A stretch of DNA of 61,298 nt, filler included, from Sphacelaria rigidula (taxonomy: Eukaryota), in NCBI GenBank assembly GCA_964200075.2. It is 3 parts of 3 records of this genome, joined end to end, with 100 filler letters (N's around TTAATTAATTAA, not from the genome) between each part and the next. Parts side by side here need not be neighbours in the genome. Positions count along the whole stretch, not along the records: positions 1 to 20,367 come from CAXNAA020000538.1; positions 20,468 to 40,833 come from CAXNAA020000539.1; 1 more part is not named here. One strand, 5' to 3'. Shown piece by piece: positions 13,050-26,546 of the stretch (positions are counted from its first letter, which is position 1; every line of letters begins with the position of its first letter). The translations under genes were made by a program, and so were the position numbers. The notes beneath the pieces were generated by a model. The model did not search any database and was not told where the DNA came from. It saw only the letters and a program-made list of their open reading frames with translations.

Positions 13050-13280
13050 TTACGTGAACAAAGGTTGGTACTATGGAGATGCTGCCAACCCTAACGCTAA
13101 CCCTAACCCTAACCCCGACCAAGGCATACCGAGAATCCTCGGGCAAGGGGGTGCAGAGTGTTATGTAGGCAAAGTGTGCGTTGCCAGAGCTCAAATCGAC
13201 GCCTTTCAGCCGATTTTGGACCAAAACACGTTCTGGACGAGCTGGGTCTACTGCTCACCACTGCTCACCTGCCCCAGACC
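13050..13280 (+). repeat. Dispersed repeat with internal (CCCTAA)n telomere-like tract
   Basis: AACCCTAACGCTAACCCTAACCCTAACCC at ~13087-13115; whole segment homologous to 58625-58855 (-), with partial copies at ~35480-35558 and ~54190-54265. Confidence 0.75.
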
Positions 13281-13701
13281 ATGATTTTTCTCAGAACTTT
13301 GTTTATTCTAAAACCAAGTAAAATCGAGTACCAATCATTGTTTACGTACAACTCCTCAGCTACTGAAACCGGGCCCCTCCGCTAAACCGGTTTAGCGGTT
13401 ATTAACCGCTATTCTGCTGTCTGGTTTAGCGGCTGCATCGTGGTCTTTACTGGTCGACGAGGCAAAGTGACCGCTGAACCCCTCTCGCTATAAAAACAAA
13501 GGCAAGCACCGCAGAAGAATGGGTGGAAAACGGCGGTGAGTCCATAGGTACGGGTCGAATTATATAACGCACACTAATTTCAAGTATTTTAATTTATTTA
13601 TCTCCAGTCCCTCTACATTTCCTAACGCATTATACAACGCAAACTTGATTTTCGTATGGACTCCGTGACACTCGTATTCACTGCCCTTCTGGTCCCCGCA
13701 G

Positions 13702-14719
13702 CCACCGCAGCCACAGTACAGGACGGTGCTGCGGAAATATGGTATCCAGGACAACAACGGCCTCACAAGGGATGCTCTATCTTTCTGTATACGGGTTGGT
13801 GTATCCAACGTTCGCTATGAGCGTCATTGTGCCTGCGGTATGGTTGCGGCGGCGGGGGTTAGCGTTGCAGTCTCCATTTGCGCCTAGCTTTCGCCTCCTG
13901 TATCCTGCACGGCTGTGGATATGGGGCATGAGATAAGACGGTGCTGTCGCTGTGCGTTGTTTCATGCTCCCGGATAGCATAACCCCAGGAAATTACTATA
14001 TCGGCATTTAATGCTGCTACTGTAGCGCTCTCTTGTTGGCCGTCTTGCGTTTGTTCGGGATGGCTCGTGTTGATTGGTGCCGTGCAGGCAGTACCCACGC
14101 GATGCCCACCGCCTGGACAGGGTTAGCGCATCTTGCCTTGAAGATACAGGCGATGCCGCGACAGATATTGTTCCGAGATGCAGTGGCGAAGACGACCAAG
14201 CTCTCTACACACCCTACATCGAACAGCTATTATACCGTAAATATGTATCGTCTCTCTTGCGTGTGCGACCCCGTGTGCTAGAGTACCGCCGCCCTTGCGA
14301 AGGTATACCGCTTCTTGATGACATTGTGGTGCTTGTAAAAATATCGATATACTGTACCGTTTTGGATTGTAGCCAGCTGGCGGAGAGAGATGATGCCCAG
14401 ACCGGACCTGGACAAGAAAAAAACGAACTGATCAATCTTGTTGACCTACCTGCGGTACATGAGGCTTGAGTAGCGCTCGTGTGTCCACCGACACAAAAAA
14501 ATAACGAGCTAAATCTGTTCAAGAATCATGGAAAACAACGGAAAAACAGCTGATTTGAGTTTAATAATTATGTAGTGACCCGTACCTATGAACTCAGTGC
14601 CTGAAGAACTAAAAACCAACACAAGAACGACAAAAGTCCGGTGTCGGTCCTCCTCCTGTGTAACCCCAGCTGATGCGCCCACATGTACCAAAAGGTGTAA
14701 ACTGATGTCCAAAATATAG

Positions 14720-14750
<31 letters not shown>

Positions 14751-17700
14751 AGGCGCTGAACTGGCTGAAAAAATTATATATTAGGAATAGAAGCAGGGTT
14801 ACTGTGGGAAGAGCATGTCATCACATTTAATTTCGATAGCGTTATGTATGGCTACTGCATATAGCAGTCCTGTAGTAGAGCAGCAGAACTATATCGGACC
14901 CCGGCTGATGCGCCCACTATATTGATATATTTTTTAGCACAGCATAAGATATGCTATGATGTGTAGTAGTTGGTCAACTTTGAACAAATCATTTTTATAG
15001 AGAGTGATTTTTTCGGGTTTCTTGATAATCACCGCTCATGACAGTTTGTTTCTGTTTATCCCAAGCGTTGGGAATCGAAAGACATGAACATACGACGCAA
15101 GTATCGAGAATAGGATGTTGAACAAGCCCATTCTTCAACAGGTTTGTTAGTCTCTGCGGGCCCTGCGAGTGTACAGCCCCCAGTCTTCGCTCTTTGATAT
15201 TTTCTCTCGACCGAATCGATGCTGATCGGACTGCTGCAAAGATTGTCCCCCCCCACCCCCCCCGAACCGGCCAAAAAAGCACACGGAGGCGATGATCATA
15301 AATTCCGTTAGATGAGCTGGTTTCGTGCTGCGCCTCGCGACTCATTTGGACGTTACAGCTGATTTCAGACTGCTACACGCCTCTCGTGTGGGCGGAATTG
15401 CTGCAAACGAGCCCTACAGTGGGGTCGCACCCGGTTTGTCGGACGATCTCCGGTGCACTTATTGCAGGGGGACTATCTGGGCATTAGTCATCGTTATAAT
15501 GAACAGTTGTATGCTCTAGGCTCTCCTGTTTTCTCGATATTCATTGTGCTACAGCCGAAAAACCATGTTTCGGGCCATATACGATCAAGAACCCTGCCTC
15601 GATAAACTCAGTTTTACTCGGTATCGTTCCGACAACACAAGATTGGGAATTGTGTCCCGGGGACGACCAGCTTTTTTTTCCAGCGCTGACGGACTCTCAA
15701 ATTCTGAAGTGAAGATGACCAATCGTCTGTGAAAAAATCCCGATTCAGTGAATGTCATCATGTAAAGTCTGACCACTGTATCATATTTTCACGTCATATG
15801 GTTATATGGTTATAATGATATCAAGGCGCTAATTTTTATCTTTGCGGCAAGTTGGATAGCACGCATTTGAGCTTGAGGGCGCGTACCATGCCGAAGACTA
15901 GGCCTTTGCTCCGTAGGCTTCAGGCGGAGAAGCCCATTTTTATTTTCAAAGCCCAAAAATATGATTTTTTTAGCTAGCTTTGGGTAATAAAGAACCCGCT
16001 TCCTTTCCCTGAGGATTTTTCTTGGAATCCATTTCTTGCGGGCCCAGCTGGCAGCGGTGCGCCGGGTTGCCTTCCTGCCTTGTCAGACGTCCGCCAGGTC
16101 AATAGTTTCGGTACTCGGCGACCCCCGATCTGACGAGTAATGTCACGGTGGGGGTGTACAAGACATTTCTCAGGTTTAAAATTGTAGGAGGAGCTCTTTA
16201 TTTCATCCAAAAAAGACTCATGCAGAATACGAGAGCACGCCGCGGGTAGTACTCTGATGAGCCAAGGATGTCTCGAATTGATTTTGAAACGAGAATTCCC
16301 CGGCCCGTATTTTGTGTACCTGTTATTTGTAGGAGATTCAAAATGATAACGAACTGGGCTCAAAGGTGCACAGCCCGTTCGGTGACATGACTCTTCAGTT
16401 GACTTGCTAGCGTGGTCTGTATTTTGTGCTGCTGAACCCGCCTCCCGGGCAGAAGACATTGAAAAACGTCCTCGTGAGATTGAGAGTTGAGGATGCGATC
16501 GAGAGCGAGAAGCAGTCAATTAGTGAATGAATCGTTTCAGTTCTGAAATGCACCTCCACGAGCCCCGATAGGCTTTCTGTAGTAGCTAGCCACTGAGGCC
16601 CTTGGTATCTGTGAGTAGGATACCGACGTGTAGCTGTAAGCACACGCCAGTGATGAGAGGCGAAGAGAAGCACACACGGAATAAAAAAAAATGTCTACGG
16701 CAAGTTGGAGCGAATGATCAAAGCCACTCTCAATCAGCGCTGTGACGCTCAATCTCACGAAAACGTCATTAGTGGCCGCTGCTGAATAACCACTGGTCTC
16801 GCGTGCACGTGTACTGCACGACTGAAGTAGATTACGGTAGTGTAGGGTGCATGGTTAACCAACCTATTATCGATTTTGTTGTGTGCGAGAACAACAGTCG
16901 ACAGAGCGAGAAATTACATTCAAGAAGGACGTTGAGTGTGACTTGTGACGTGTGACGTGCTTGGGTACTTGCGCACGATTTTACTCGCCTGCTCAGACCT
17001 GCCGTTGGTTTTACATCGCATCACATGCCATGCTTATGATACACTTGCTCTGTCCCGCAAGATAAGCCCGTTTGGAGGTTTTGCCGCATCTCTCGTGCGT
17101 ATGTCCGGCTTTTCCCGAGCGTATTTTTTGTCGTTGTCGTGAAGTTTGGAGCATAACTCAAAACCGAGGCTTTTGCCGAGCCCCCAATAGACCACCAGCT
17201 ACACTCACGGCGATCAGAGTGTGTCGGTCGTGCACAACCGGAATCTACCGGTTGACCGCCTTCCCATCGATTTTTGGAGAAAGTTTCTTTCATGGTTCTT
17301 GAGGCGTTTCGGAGGACCGCCCGAAACCGTCATTCTTCAGTCTGCCGCCGCAACAGCACTATTTGAGCACGCAACAGTCTGTACATACCGGGTTCGGGGG
17401 TATACGCGCCCATCCCGGGGATAATATCATGTTGTCCCCGGGTCTGGAGGGTCTTCTTGTTCTCACACATGTCCCCAACAGCTCGAAACACACTACCGTG
17501 GGTCTGAGCATCGATAACAAGTTTTTTTGTACCCCGCGTATGGCACGTTGAGCCAAAGCTCTGCCCAAACTGCCAAAACTTTGGCTCTCCTTCGGAAAAT
17601 CTCACAACATAAGCCCACTTTGTGATGTTTTCACGCCGAGGAAGATCACATGTGATCCCCTGGGGCTAATTTTCATTTTTTTACATGATGGCAACCATAT

Positions 17701-20700
17701 GTGGAAGACATGTTGGAGGTCTGTATGTCGGAAACAACTGTATTGGGTATTGGGTACATGACCGCAATATTTCACCACGGGCTTATCCAGTTAAATTTTC
17801 CAAACGGGCTTATCTTGTGGGACAGAGGAAGTATTTATAGATATTTATACATGGATATCGCTAGGGAGTTTTCGCGATATTGCTATGATATGATATACCT
17901 ATATGATACTTTGTAATGCGATACCGACCAGTACACGATACGATACCGACCACTATACGATGTGATACCTACCTCTACATGATGTGATACCGACCACTAT
18001 ATGATAGGATGACCTCTATCACAGACCCTGGCGGTGAGCGGATTAACTCCCTGACTACCAGCATAAACGTCATCTGTTGAATCGGCATCAATTTCACTTG
18101 AAATAGTACGACTGCATGACTCAGATGATCCACCTTCGCGGTGAAAGCGTGATCCCCTTCACCGCCAGGGCAGTGCGATGTTCTGAATCGACATCATATT
18201 CCTTCTGTTTTTTTCGAGTGTGGGTTGATGCCGATTCGACAGATCATCCACCATCGAACAGACTAAATGTGCACAACGCGGGGCGCATTCGAATTTCGAT
18301 TTTCATGCGTTTACCGGGATAATGGTAAGAGCACGCGCAACTGGTCAGTGCTGCACCGTCACCGCGGTGTGTCTGTCTCTGTTTTTACTTCCTTCCGAAT
18401 AGAAGAGACTCCGCTGGTCCCACGAACACGATGCAGCACGTAATCACAACACGTGTCGCGCATGACGAGGAATTGCATTGGCAAAAACTGTACTGTTGAC
18501 AGTATCGAATTTATTGACGCCGCTAGAGCCCCCCACCATCCCCACCCCCACCCCCTCAAAAAAGCGGCTGGTTTGACGGGGCAAAATCTCCATGGCAATG
18601 GAGATGGCAAAAGCCAAACACACCGAGCGGCTGGGAACTCCCACGGTTGAGAATGTGTTCGCTACTGTCGCCCGTACGAGACGTGTCATGCAGTCTGAAA
18701 CCAGCTTTCACGCGCTGTACGACCATCTTCCTCGTGACAGGTTTGGGGCCCGTTTGAGGTTGGGGTTGGGGGGGGTGGGGGGGGGGGGGGTACTCATGAT
18801 CATGTATGCCATAGTCATTTGACCATTGACCCCGCATCCCTACGAAGCCGGGGCGGAGCACGCAGGGTTTTCGCCGGACCATGCTCGCACTTCATCACCA
18901 AGCGCAAAGCGCCGTGGATTCGGCGAGTCGCGTGAAAGGGGAGCTGCATCCTGCTAAGATTGCTCGGCCTGAAGCGTTTTGATTAACTTGCATTTGGATG
19001 GCAGCCTACAATGAGCTGCTTTATTTTTTGGTATCGCCACTTCCAGAGAGAGCCACGGCTTATACACTGCCTCGTGCGTGTCTCACCATTTAAACCCTCA
19101 GACCGCGAGGGTAGTCCACCTGGATCATGCGTACTTTTTTCAAGTGAAATTAACGCCGATTCAGCGCATGACCTGCTCTCTCTGTCCAAGGGTTGAACAC
19201 TGCGTGGTACGATCATCCCCGTTGTGCGGAGTTGAGGTTCTCCCACACCACACAACATGATCTAGCTCGACTACCGTCATGGTTACTGCAAAAAAAACGC
19301 ATGCGCGCAAAACAAGAACGGGAACCTGGTTGCCCAGCTCACGGAGCGAGTGGTGCGTTTTACAGCGTTGTTGCCAATCGACGCCAATCCTATCGGGGGG
19401 CCGCCCCTACAAAGCCGGGACGGAGCACGTCGGGTTCTTGCCGGACCAGGCTGACCCACCCCATCCCCTCAGGAAAGCGGGTGGTTTGACGGGGCAAAAT
19501 CTCCATGGCGATGGAGATGGCCAAAGCCAAACACACCGAGCGGATGGGAACTCCCACGCTTGGGAGTGTTTCCGCCAATGTCGCCCGTAGGAGACGTTTC
19601 AGGCAGTCTGAAACCACCCACCATGCGCTGTATGGCCATCTTCGTAACAGGTTTGGGGCTCGTTTGGGGGGGAGGGAGGGGGTGGGGGGTGGCGCTATCG
19701 CAGCGTCAGTCGACGTTGTTTGATGCAAAAGTCCAGAGATAGACTCTATACTGTAAGCAGTAACTTTTTTATAGTCATGTAACGCCACTAATGTAATGTA
19801 ATGTCCAGGACGTGCTGTGATCAGGGCCCGTTTAAGCGAGACAAGAAAGGTGAGCATGCGCCGTGAGGGTGAAATTCTGGCGGTTTTGGCGATTTTTTTT
19901 TTTTTTTCCTTCTGATCGGTGTGAGAGGTGTGATGCGCAACCTATTGAAAGGACAAGAGAAGAAAAAATGACGAAAAACGCCAGAACGATTGTCACTGTC
20001 ACGGGGCCCGTGCTCATTTTACTGTCTCATTGAAACACGCCCTCACAAACGGGGTTATTAACAGTACTCTCCGGCAGGCCTCCCTCTGCAGCTACGTGCG
20101 GCAAGACTTTGGGCTCGAATTCACCAACCGCAGCATATAGGAGATGTGATGATGATGATACACTTTGAGTAATCTCCTACAAGTGATACTCAAGCCGTAG
20201 TCACAAGACCAACGTACCCAAGGTGATACAAACGGAAACCCTCGCTGAAAAAAGACGTTGAGGCGGGTGCGGGTGCGCGCGGGGGGGGGGGGGGGGGGTT
20301 GTCTTATATGATCCTTGACCCCGCATCCCTAAAAAGCGGGGACGAAGCAAGCGGGGCTTTTTCCGAANNNNNNNNNNNNNNNNNNNNNNNNNNNNNNNNN
20401 NNNNNNNNNNNTTAATTAATTAANNNNNNNNNNNNNNNNNNNNNNNNNNNNNNNNNNNNNNNNNNNNCGGACCAGGCTCGCAATCAATCATCAAGCGCGA
20501 AGCGCCGTGACGTGTTCGGCGAGTCGCATGAAGGGTGAGCTGCATCCTGCAAAGATTGTCCGCCCTGAAGTGTACCTAGTTATCTTGCACATGGATGACA
20601 GCCTACAATGAACTGATCCATTTTCTGGCATTGTCATTTCCAGAGACAGCCACGAGTTACACATTGCCTCACGAATGTCTAAGATTCAAACACTACGTAA

Positions 20701-23700
20701 TGCAATCATGCCCTGTGCGCGGGGTTTAGGTTCTCCACCCCGCACAATATCATCTAGCTCTACCACCATCACGGGGGTGTACTCATGATCATGCTTGCCA
20801 TAGTCAGGGGGGGGGGGGGGTATAGGTCTGGGAGTTGTTTTTTACCTGCGCTTGTACTTATTGTGCACACCCTATAGTTGACGGGGCGTACTGTATAGAG
20901 GTACAGTGAGTTGAGTGCCGTATTGAGCGTACTTTTATACCCATGCGTAGAACACCATCATTAGTGCAGGGTCGAGCGTATAGGGATCTGAGATTCGCGG
21001 ATCCGGGAAGAATCGTACACACCACTGATGGAGTCCACAACGACAAAGGAGGAACAGATACTGATAAATATAGCCGATGGAACAACATTGCAGTCGCCTT
21101 TTCCACTGATGTCTGACAGTTTGCTACGGTACGTAATCTGCGCTAACGAGTACAGCTTTCGTCGGGTCTGAGCATTTTGCACACATGTCACAGCTCCCTC
21201 CAGCGAAAAATGGCATCGATTGTATGTCGGCGCCGTCATCTGCCGCGTGCGTGAATTTGGGCATAGAACATGGAAGCAAAAGTTATATACTGTAGACAAG
21301 TAAAACTTATCTTACCGGGGCATTTTCATGGCGAATAATATGTTGTTACCACAGACAGTACATGTTGCAGTCGGGCTGGATTGGGTTGTGTCATATCAAC
21401 GAGCATCAAATCAAGCGGGCACTCCACACGCGCATGCACGCTTGACTTGGCATACCAACAGGTCTCTGCAGTCCAATACCTCTAGCAGCGAGTCGTGCTT
21501 GAAAGACTATGATGCGCCTGATTCGCTGTATGAAGTTTTAGCGATGCAAGCGGGGAAAAAGGCTACCGACTGTGACCAAAGGCAGAGCAAGAAATCCCGG
21601 CGGAAGTTGAGCCTCATGCACTACTTTTGCACTACTTTTGCACGCCATTGCCAGAGTGTCAGGGTCTTGAATGCCTCCCTTTCCCGTCATCCCTCTGTCA
21701 CCTCATCCCATCGTGATTGCCGAGAATGTTTTGCCGGGCCCGACTGCCATAGCAATGCTGACCTAGGTGTCGACAACAGCCGCACTGCACGTGATCGAAT
21801 TATGGATGCAAAGAGAACCTCAACTAAATTTAGAGCGTACAGACGGTACAATGCGCCATCCCAGGGATCTTTCGAAGAACCGTACTTTGGACGCCGCGCT
21901 CTTGCAGCAAAAAAACGACGGGTGGTCGTCTTCCTTCTTCTTCCATCCGAGGCCGTAGAAGCGGCGAAACGTCTTTCAGATATCAACCGCAGGTAGAGTA
22001 CATGAGCATCGAACATTGTCCACACTGAAGAAGGGAAAATAATCTGCAGAGTCAAGTACCATACGATTGCCGCATATATCACGGTCGCTCGTTGAGTGTT
22101 GCTGTGGAGCCGTGGAGCTGTTTTTGGATAGATTCTGGCAATTGTCCGTTACATAACCCCAGGAAAAAACGAGCCGTATAAAAAAATTGCACAACCGGGG
22201 TATCGAGCTGTTGATCAGATGCCTGAGACATAGTTTTAGCACCCGTGCAGCATAAATAGAGGCTATCATGAGCTCCGCCGGGGCGTGATATGTTCCAAAA
22301 AAAAATGAACAATGCTAACCGCTTGAGGAGAAGTCGTAACAGCAACGCTTTCAGACCGGGCATAATTGCTCGAATATGGCGTCTTTTTTCGACCCAATGA
22401 GTATTTTTTCGGTCGGACGCTCCCCACAAAATCTCCATCCTACTGCCAACTACAGTCAGCGCGACAATTTCACAGGCTATATTCTTCCGAATGTGCTGTT
22501 CATCTATCGACATGGTATTATCTCCATGACTATCTTTTCTCTAAGGCAATGGTATATATCGCCAAAGGTGTCCATGTGTTTCTCGGCCCAACCTGGTCCG
22601 AACTGTGACTCTTCCATTTCTCCGGGAGACACAAAGTCTCTGCTGAATCGCATATTTCTTGTGGCCTCTTTTTTTGTGTCCTCACCCCCCGTGCTCTACA
22701 GTGGCAGTGGTGTAGAATGTGCATCGAACACCTTTTGTGATAGCCCCCCCCACAACTAACCCGTACTCATGATTATCGCATGCATGATCATGAGTACACC
22801 CACAACTAGCCCAAAACTGTCACGAAGAAAATGGTCATACAGCGCTTGATGCTTGGGTTCAGGCTGCATGAAGCGCCTCATATGGGCGACATTGGCGAAA
22901 ATGAACCGAAGCGTTGGGGTTTCCAGCTACTCGTTGTGCCCGACTTTTTTCATCTCGATTTACGTGTAGGTTTGCCTCCCAAACCAGCCACGTTTTGTGT
23001 GGGGGGGGTTATCGTAGGAAGTGTCGTTGCATAAGTATATGAATCGCGTCGGACGGAAAATCGGATTGTCAGGGGCAACCGGATCAAGGGAACGTAATAC
23101 ATTCATGAACTAGCAGAACAGGCGTTGCACTATCGAAAGGACGTCGGCAGCTGGCATTGCAGAGAAACGGGCGACTGTGGGCGACTGTAGGTTGCCTCCC
23201 GGCTGGCGTTCATCATCCACCAGTCTGCTTGTTCACTTGTCCACTTGATGGGGACTGCCCGGATCAGCGATTGCTCACACAACAACGCGACCCAACACAC
23301 GGTGAAACTTTGGGACGACGCAATTGAGTTGGCATCCAACGTGCAGGCAAGTTCTGCCCCCCGTTGGTAGCATAGCCGTATCACCTCCCGCGATTGAACG
23401 GTACCTCAACGTTAGGGAGGGGGGAAATCTGCCCCTTATAATTTGATGGCACGACAACGTGGATGGCACGACAGAGGTAGAAGCGCCTTCGAGCGGCGAC
23501 ACAGAGCGCTGTCTGTTGCTTGCCTCTCAGTCGGCTGTGCCCAATCACATACGTATGCTGGGCATTCCGCAAGATCCGGCGTCCCCCATATTATCCTCTG
23601 GAATAGTCCACGGTTCGGACGAATCAAAGTTCATACGGGTTGACTCCCGATCACTGTTGCATGTGAATCATGTGTATCACAGAGTCACCCGGTATGAATC

Positions 23701-25410
23701 ACACTGATGGTAAAGTTGCATGTTCGAGGTCATACCGCACGAATCACGAACTGGGAATGTGTACACTCTAAGTAGTATCAGACGTATATGACACCTGTTC
23801 TAGATATTCATATAGATAGATGTATGAAACTGTCATATAACGCGCATAACGGTCATATTTTGTGATGAAGGATCGAGAGCGACCAACAAGCCGTTAGTGA
23901 TAAAACACCTCCTCAAGTGTCAAACATATCACATGTCCGAAACTCTCATGAGACTGGCGAACAGCTCTGCATTTAATTTTTCATCACTTTCATGATTGCG
24001 TCATATATACCCATTTCCTGTCATGTTTGCGTCATATACCAACGTTTTTGCGTTGTCGTACTTGGGTCATATACAATATGCCCTGTTTACAGTCGCATTC
24101 GTGCCATATTTTAATGTTTCACGTCGTATTACAAACACGTGGCGTGTCACATATCACGGATTTAGGAGGTCCTGCCCCGTAGAGGTCTAGTTCAAGCTGG
24201 ACAAGGAACCCCATAGGAAGATAGCAGCGAACGACTTCTAACGTGCGGTAACGATAAAAGATAACTTCTGCTAGAAAAACGCTGTATAGAAACGAGGAGA
24301 AAGAGTGCAGAAGGCAAGCTTGAGGATATCAACTTTGAACTGGGTCAAGCATTACGTATTTGTATGAGAGATCGAATTGGTCTTCAGCAAGGGGGCAGTC
24401 CCCCAGCTATGATATTTCATGGGCAGAAAAGTAAGCAGAGAAGTAGATCAATCGTCGACAGCATCGGGACGTAGGCGGGGATATACATCAAAGGCGGCGA
24501 ATGTCACAAGGTGGAATATATCAGTTGGATGCACTTCTACCTCGTGACCTTTGCTTTAGCTTCGAATTGGGATTGTGTGCGTTCGACCATTTAATATTGA
24601 TATTTCAGATTCACAAAAGAGGCACATCATAGTGTGGTGTAATGTTCATCGTCCAATTGCTTCAGAAATGCATAATAACCTGTTCCAAAATTATCATCAA
24701 TACTCTGGCAGCATTTGCATGTCCCTTTCACAGTCAGGGTGGGTCATCCGTTGAGTCGGCATCAAATCCCTGTTCCATCACTCCTTGCGAGGTGACTCCA
24801 ACACCGAGACGACCCATTCTTTTGTCTACTGTAGCGGGCAAATGGTAAATAAGCGTACAGTGTATACAAAGGGAACGGAAATAGCTACGCCTCTACGTCG
24901 CTGGTGTGCACGTGTTCTCTGCGAACCTTTTTTCTTCTAATAAAGCGAGATATTTGCAACCCTGGGTTAAACCCAGTCGAACACTGCATGAGACGAAGTA
25001 TGTCACTCAGGATAACGGTGTGTACAATTTTTGTAAAACTGGTCAAATGCAACAGGACTGGAGCATTTTGTTGTCTGACAGGATATGCAGGAATATCACG
25101 TCGTGTGGGTGTAGGTACAATAAACTGCTCACCATGTCCGCAAAATATCATTTTAGCCCTCAAATCTCCTGTTTAATGCACGGAAAACGAAGGCACTAGT
25201 TTAAATACCCTTCAACTACATGAAAAAAGTTGGAGAGGGAAAAAGGGTTGCGCTGTCGAACTTTGACAGAATAGCCTATATGATGATGTCTGCATTTTGT
25301 TCGCCTTTTCTTTTCCTCAGGAGACTGGGGACTTTGCGAGTTGGTCGAGCGTATTAAACGAAGCTATGAGCATGGCTCCCCTACGAGAATATCTACTGTT
25401 GTTTTTGTAA
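13702..25410 (+). CDS. Possible plus-strand multi-exon gene (unknown product); may extend further 5'
   Basis: Several AG...GT-bounded open segments: 13702-13837 joins 14088-~14236 in phase; also ~15369, ~21462-21992, ~24275-24430, and a likely terminal exon 25321-25410 (ETGDFASWSSVLNEAMSMAPLREYLLLFL*) after the strong acceptor CCTTTTCTTTTCCTCAG. No recognisable domain and no complete chain built. Confidence 0.3.
16465..16765. mobile_element. Second copy of the TCGTGAGATTGAG-TIR MITE
   Basis: Reverse-complement homology to 8453-8748 along its length. Confidence 0.7.
19090..19197. mobile_element. piggyBac-like MITE inserted in an older dispersed repeat
   Basis: TTAAA|CCCTCAGACCGCGAG...GTCCAAGGG|TTGAA; the paralogous host copy at ~20640-20770 lacks the insert. 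Confidence 0.75.
20368..20467. other. Assembly gap with artificial TTAATTAATTAA linker
   Basis: N-run/TTAATTAATTAA/N-run; same structure at 40834-40932. Confidence 0.95.
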
Positions 25411-26546
25411 TGCCTGTGTTAACGGTTAGTAGTATCATCTAGGCGACGGGGACATGTGAAAAGTTGCTGAATCGGGAACAAAAACTACTATATTTGGGTG
25501 ATATGGTGTATAACGGAATGGCATTAACATCCATCCTGAGTAAGACGTGAGTGCAGTACACGCTGCTCGCACTTCTGTGCTGGTAAATTATTGATAGTGA
25601 CATGTACAAGGGTAACACTTTCAGGACTGGTATTGGGTACGGACGCACACGTATACCTGTATCTTGAGTATAGTACATGGCAACTGATCGTGACTCGGTA
25701 TCATTGGCATGTGCTGTACACCAGGTTTTCGATGCGCAACATCAGCGCCTGTTCACAGGACTGCTGGTCCATTGTTTGCGTGAGTGTTTTTTTACGGGCA
25801 TCAAATGTGATGCTTCACCTGTTTGACGTTCATTTGTCTGCCTTTTATTATCCGCACTATGCGGTGATAATAATATCGCTTCTACTTCTGGAGTATTTTT
25901 GTTTCTTAATACACAGAAAAATGGCTGAATTGAAGAGGCAAGATCTAGATGTAAACCAAAATGACAAAAGCCGAGCAAACCGAGCAGCTGGAAACCCCCA
26001 TGCTTGGAATCGATTTCGTCAATATCCCCCATATTATGGGCTTCATGAAGTCTGAAACCAGCGATCATGCGCTCGTTTTATTTGCGACAGTTTTGGGGCT
26101 AGTTTGGGGCGGGGCTATCGCGGCATCACTCGGTAGCCGTGTATCTCACGCCTGACGCCACACAGCACCGCTTGTTTGCATCATTGCATTGCACCAGCAG
26201 CAGGACAACCAACCATCCCTGAACTCTTCGTTGGATAAAAATGATCACGTAAAATCTGCCGCACCAAACCCTCTGGCGAGATAGGAGATACGAACATCCG
26301 AACATACCCCAAAACGCGGTGCATCCTACAATCGAGATAGCCCACGCAAAGATCTCGCGAGGACGGGATGCAAGAGCACCCCAACAACACTCCGTGGGCT
26401 GAGACTCGACTTTCCTTCGCGGGAAGAAACTAACCGTGAGAGAGCCCTACCTCGCTGGTCGATTTTTATCCACCGACCTATCTGACGCAAATATCATATG
26501 AAGATAATTCACACGTCGGACAACTCATGAGGAAACGCGAGTATGT

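Larger units (their letters stand above)
18525..20820 (+). repeat. Cluster of a modular dispersed repeat family with G/C homopolymer tracts
   Basis: Module A (GGCAAAATCTCCATGGC...GGGAACTCCCACG) at ~18530-18800 and ~19450-19700, also ~22790-23010 (-) and ~25950-26125. Module B (GACCCCGCATCCC...GAGCTGCATCCTGC) at ~18826, ~20316 and ~48040. Confidence 0.75.

Noticed and set aside
13087..13115. True telomere or chromosome-fusion scar
   Set aside because: Only ~4-5 degenerate hexamers, embedded in a multi-copy dispersed element.
12748..13284. 178-aa ORF with NPNANPNPNP and a similar ORF at 58587-58856
   Set aside because: The NP repeat is translated (CCCTAA)n, and the two copies are frameshifted relative to each other, so this is a non-coding repeat.
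18592..19723. Paralogous small ORFs MAMEMAKAKHTER...
   Set aside because: They are translations of a dispersed repeat, and other copies do not keep the frame or the start.
20368..20467. TTAATTAATTAA palindrome inside N-runs (also 40834-40932)
   Set aside because: Artificial six-frame-stop scaffolding linker, not biology and not a piggyBac target.
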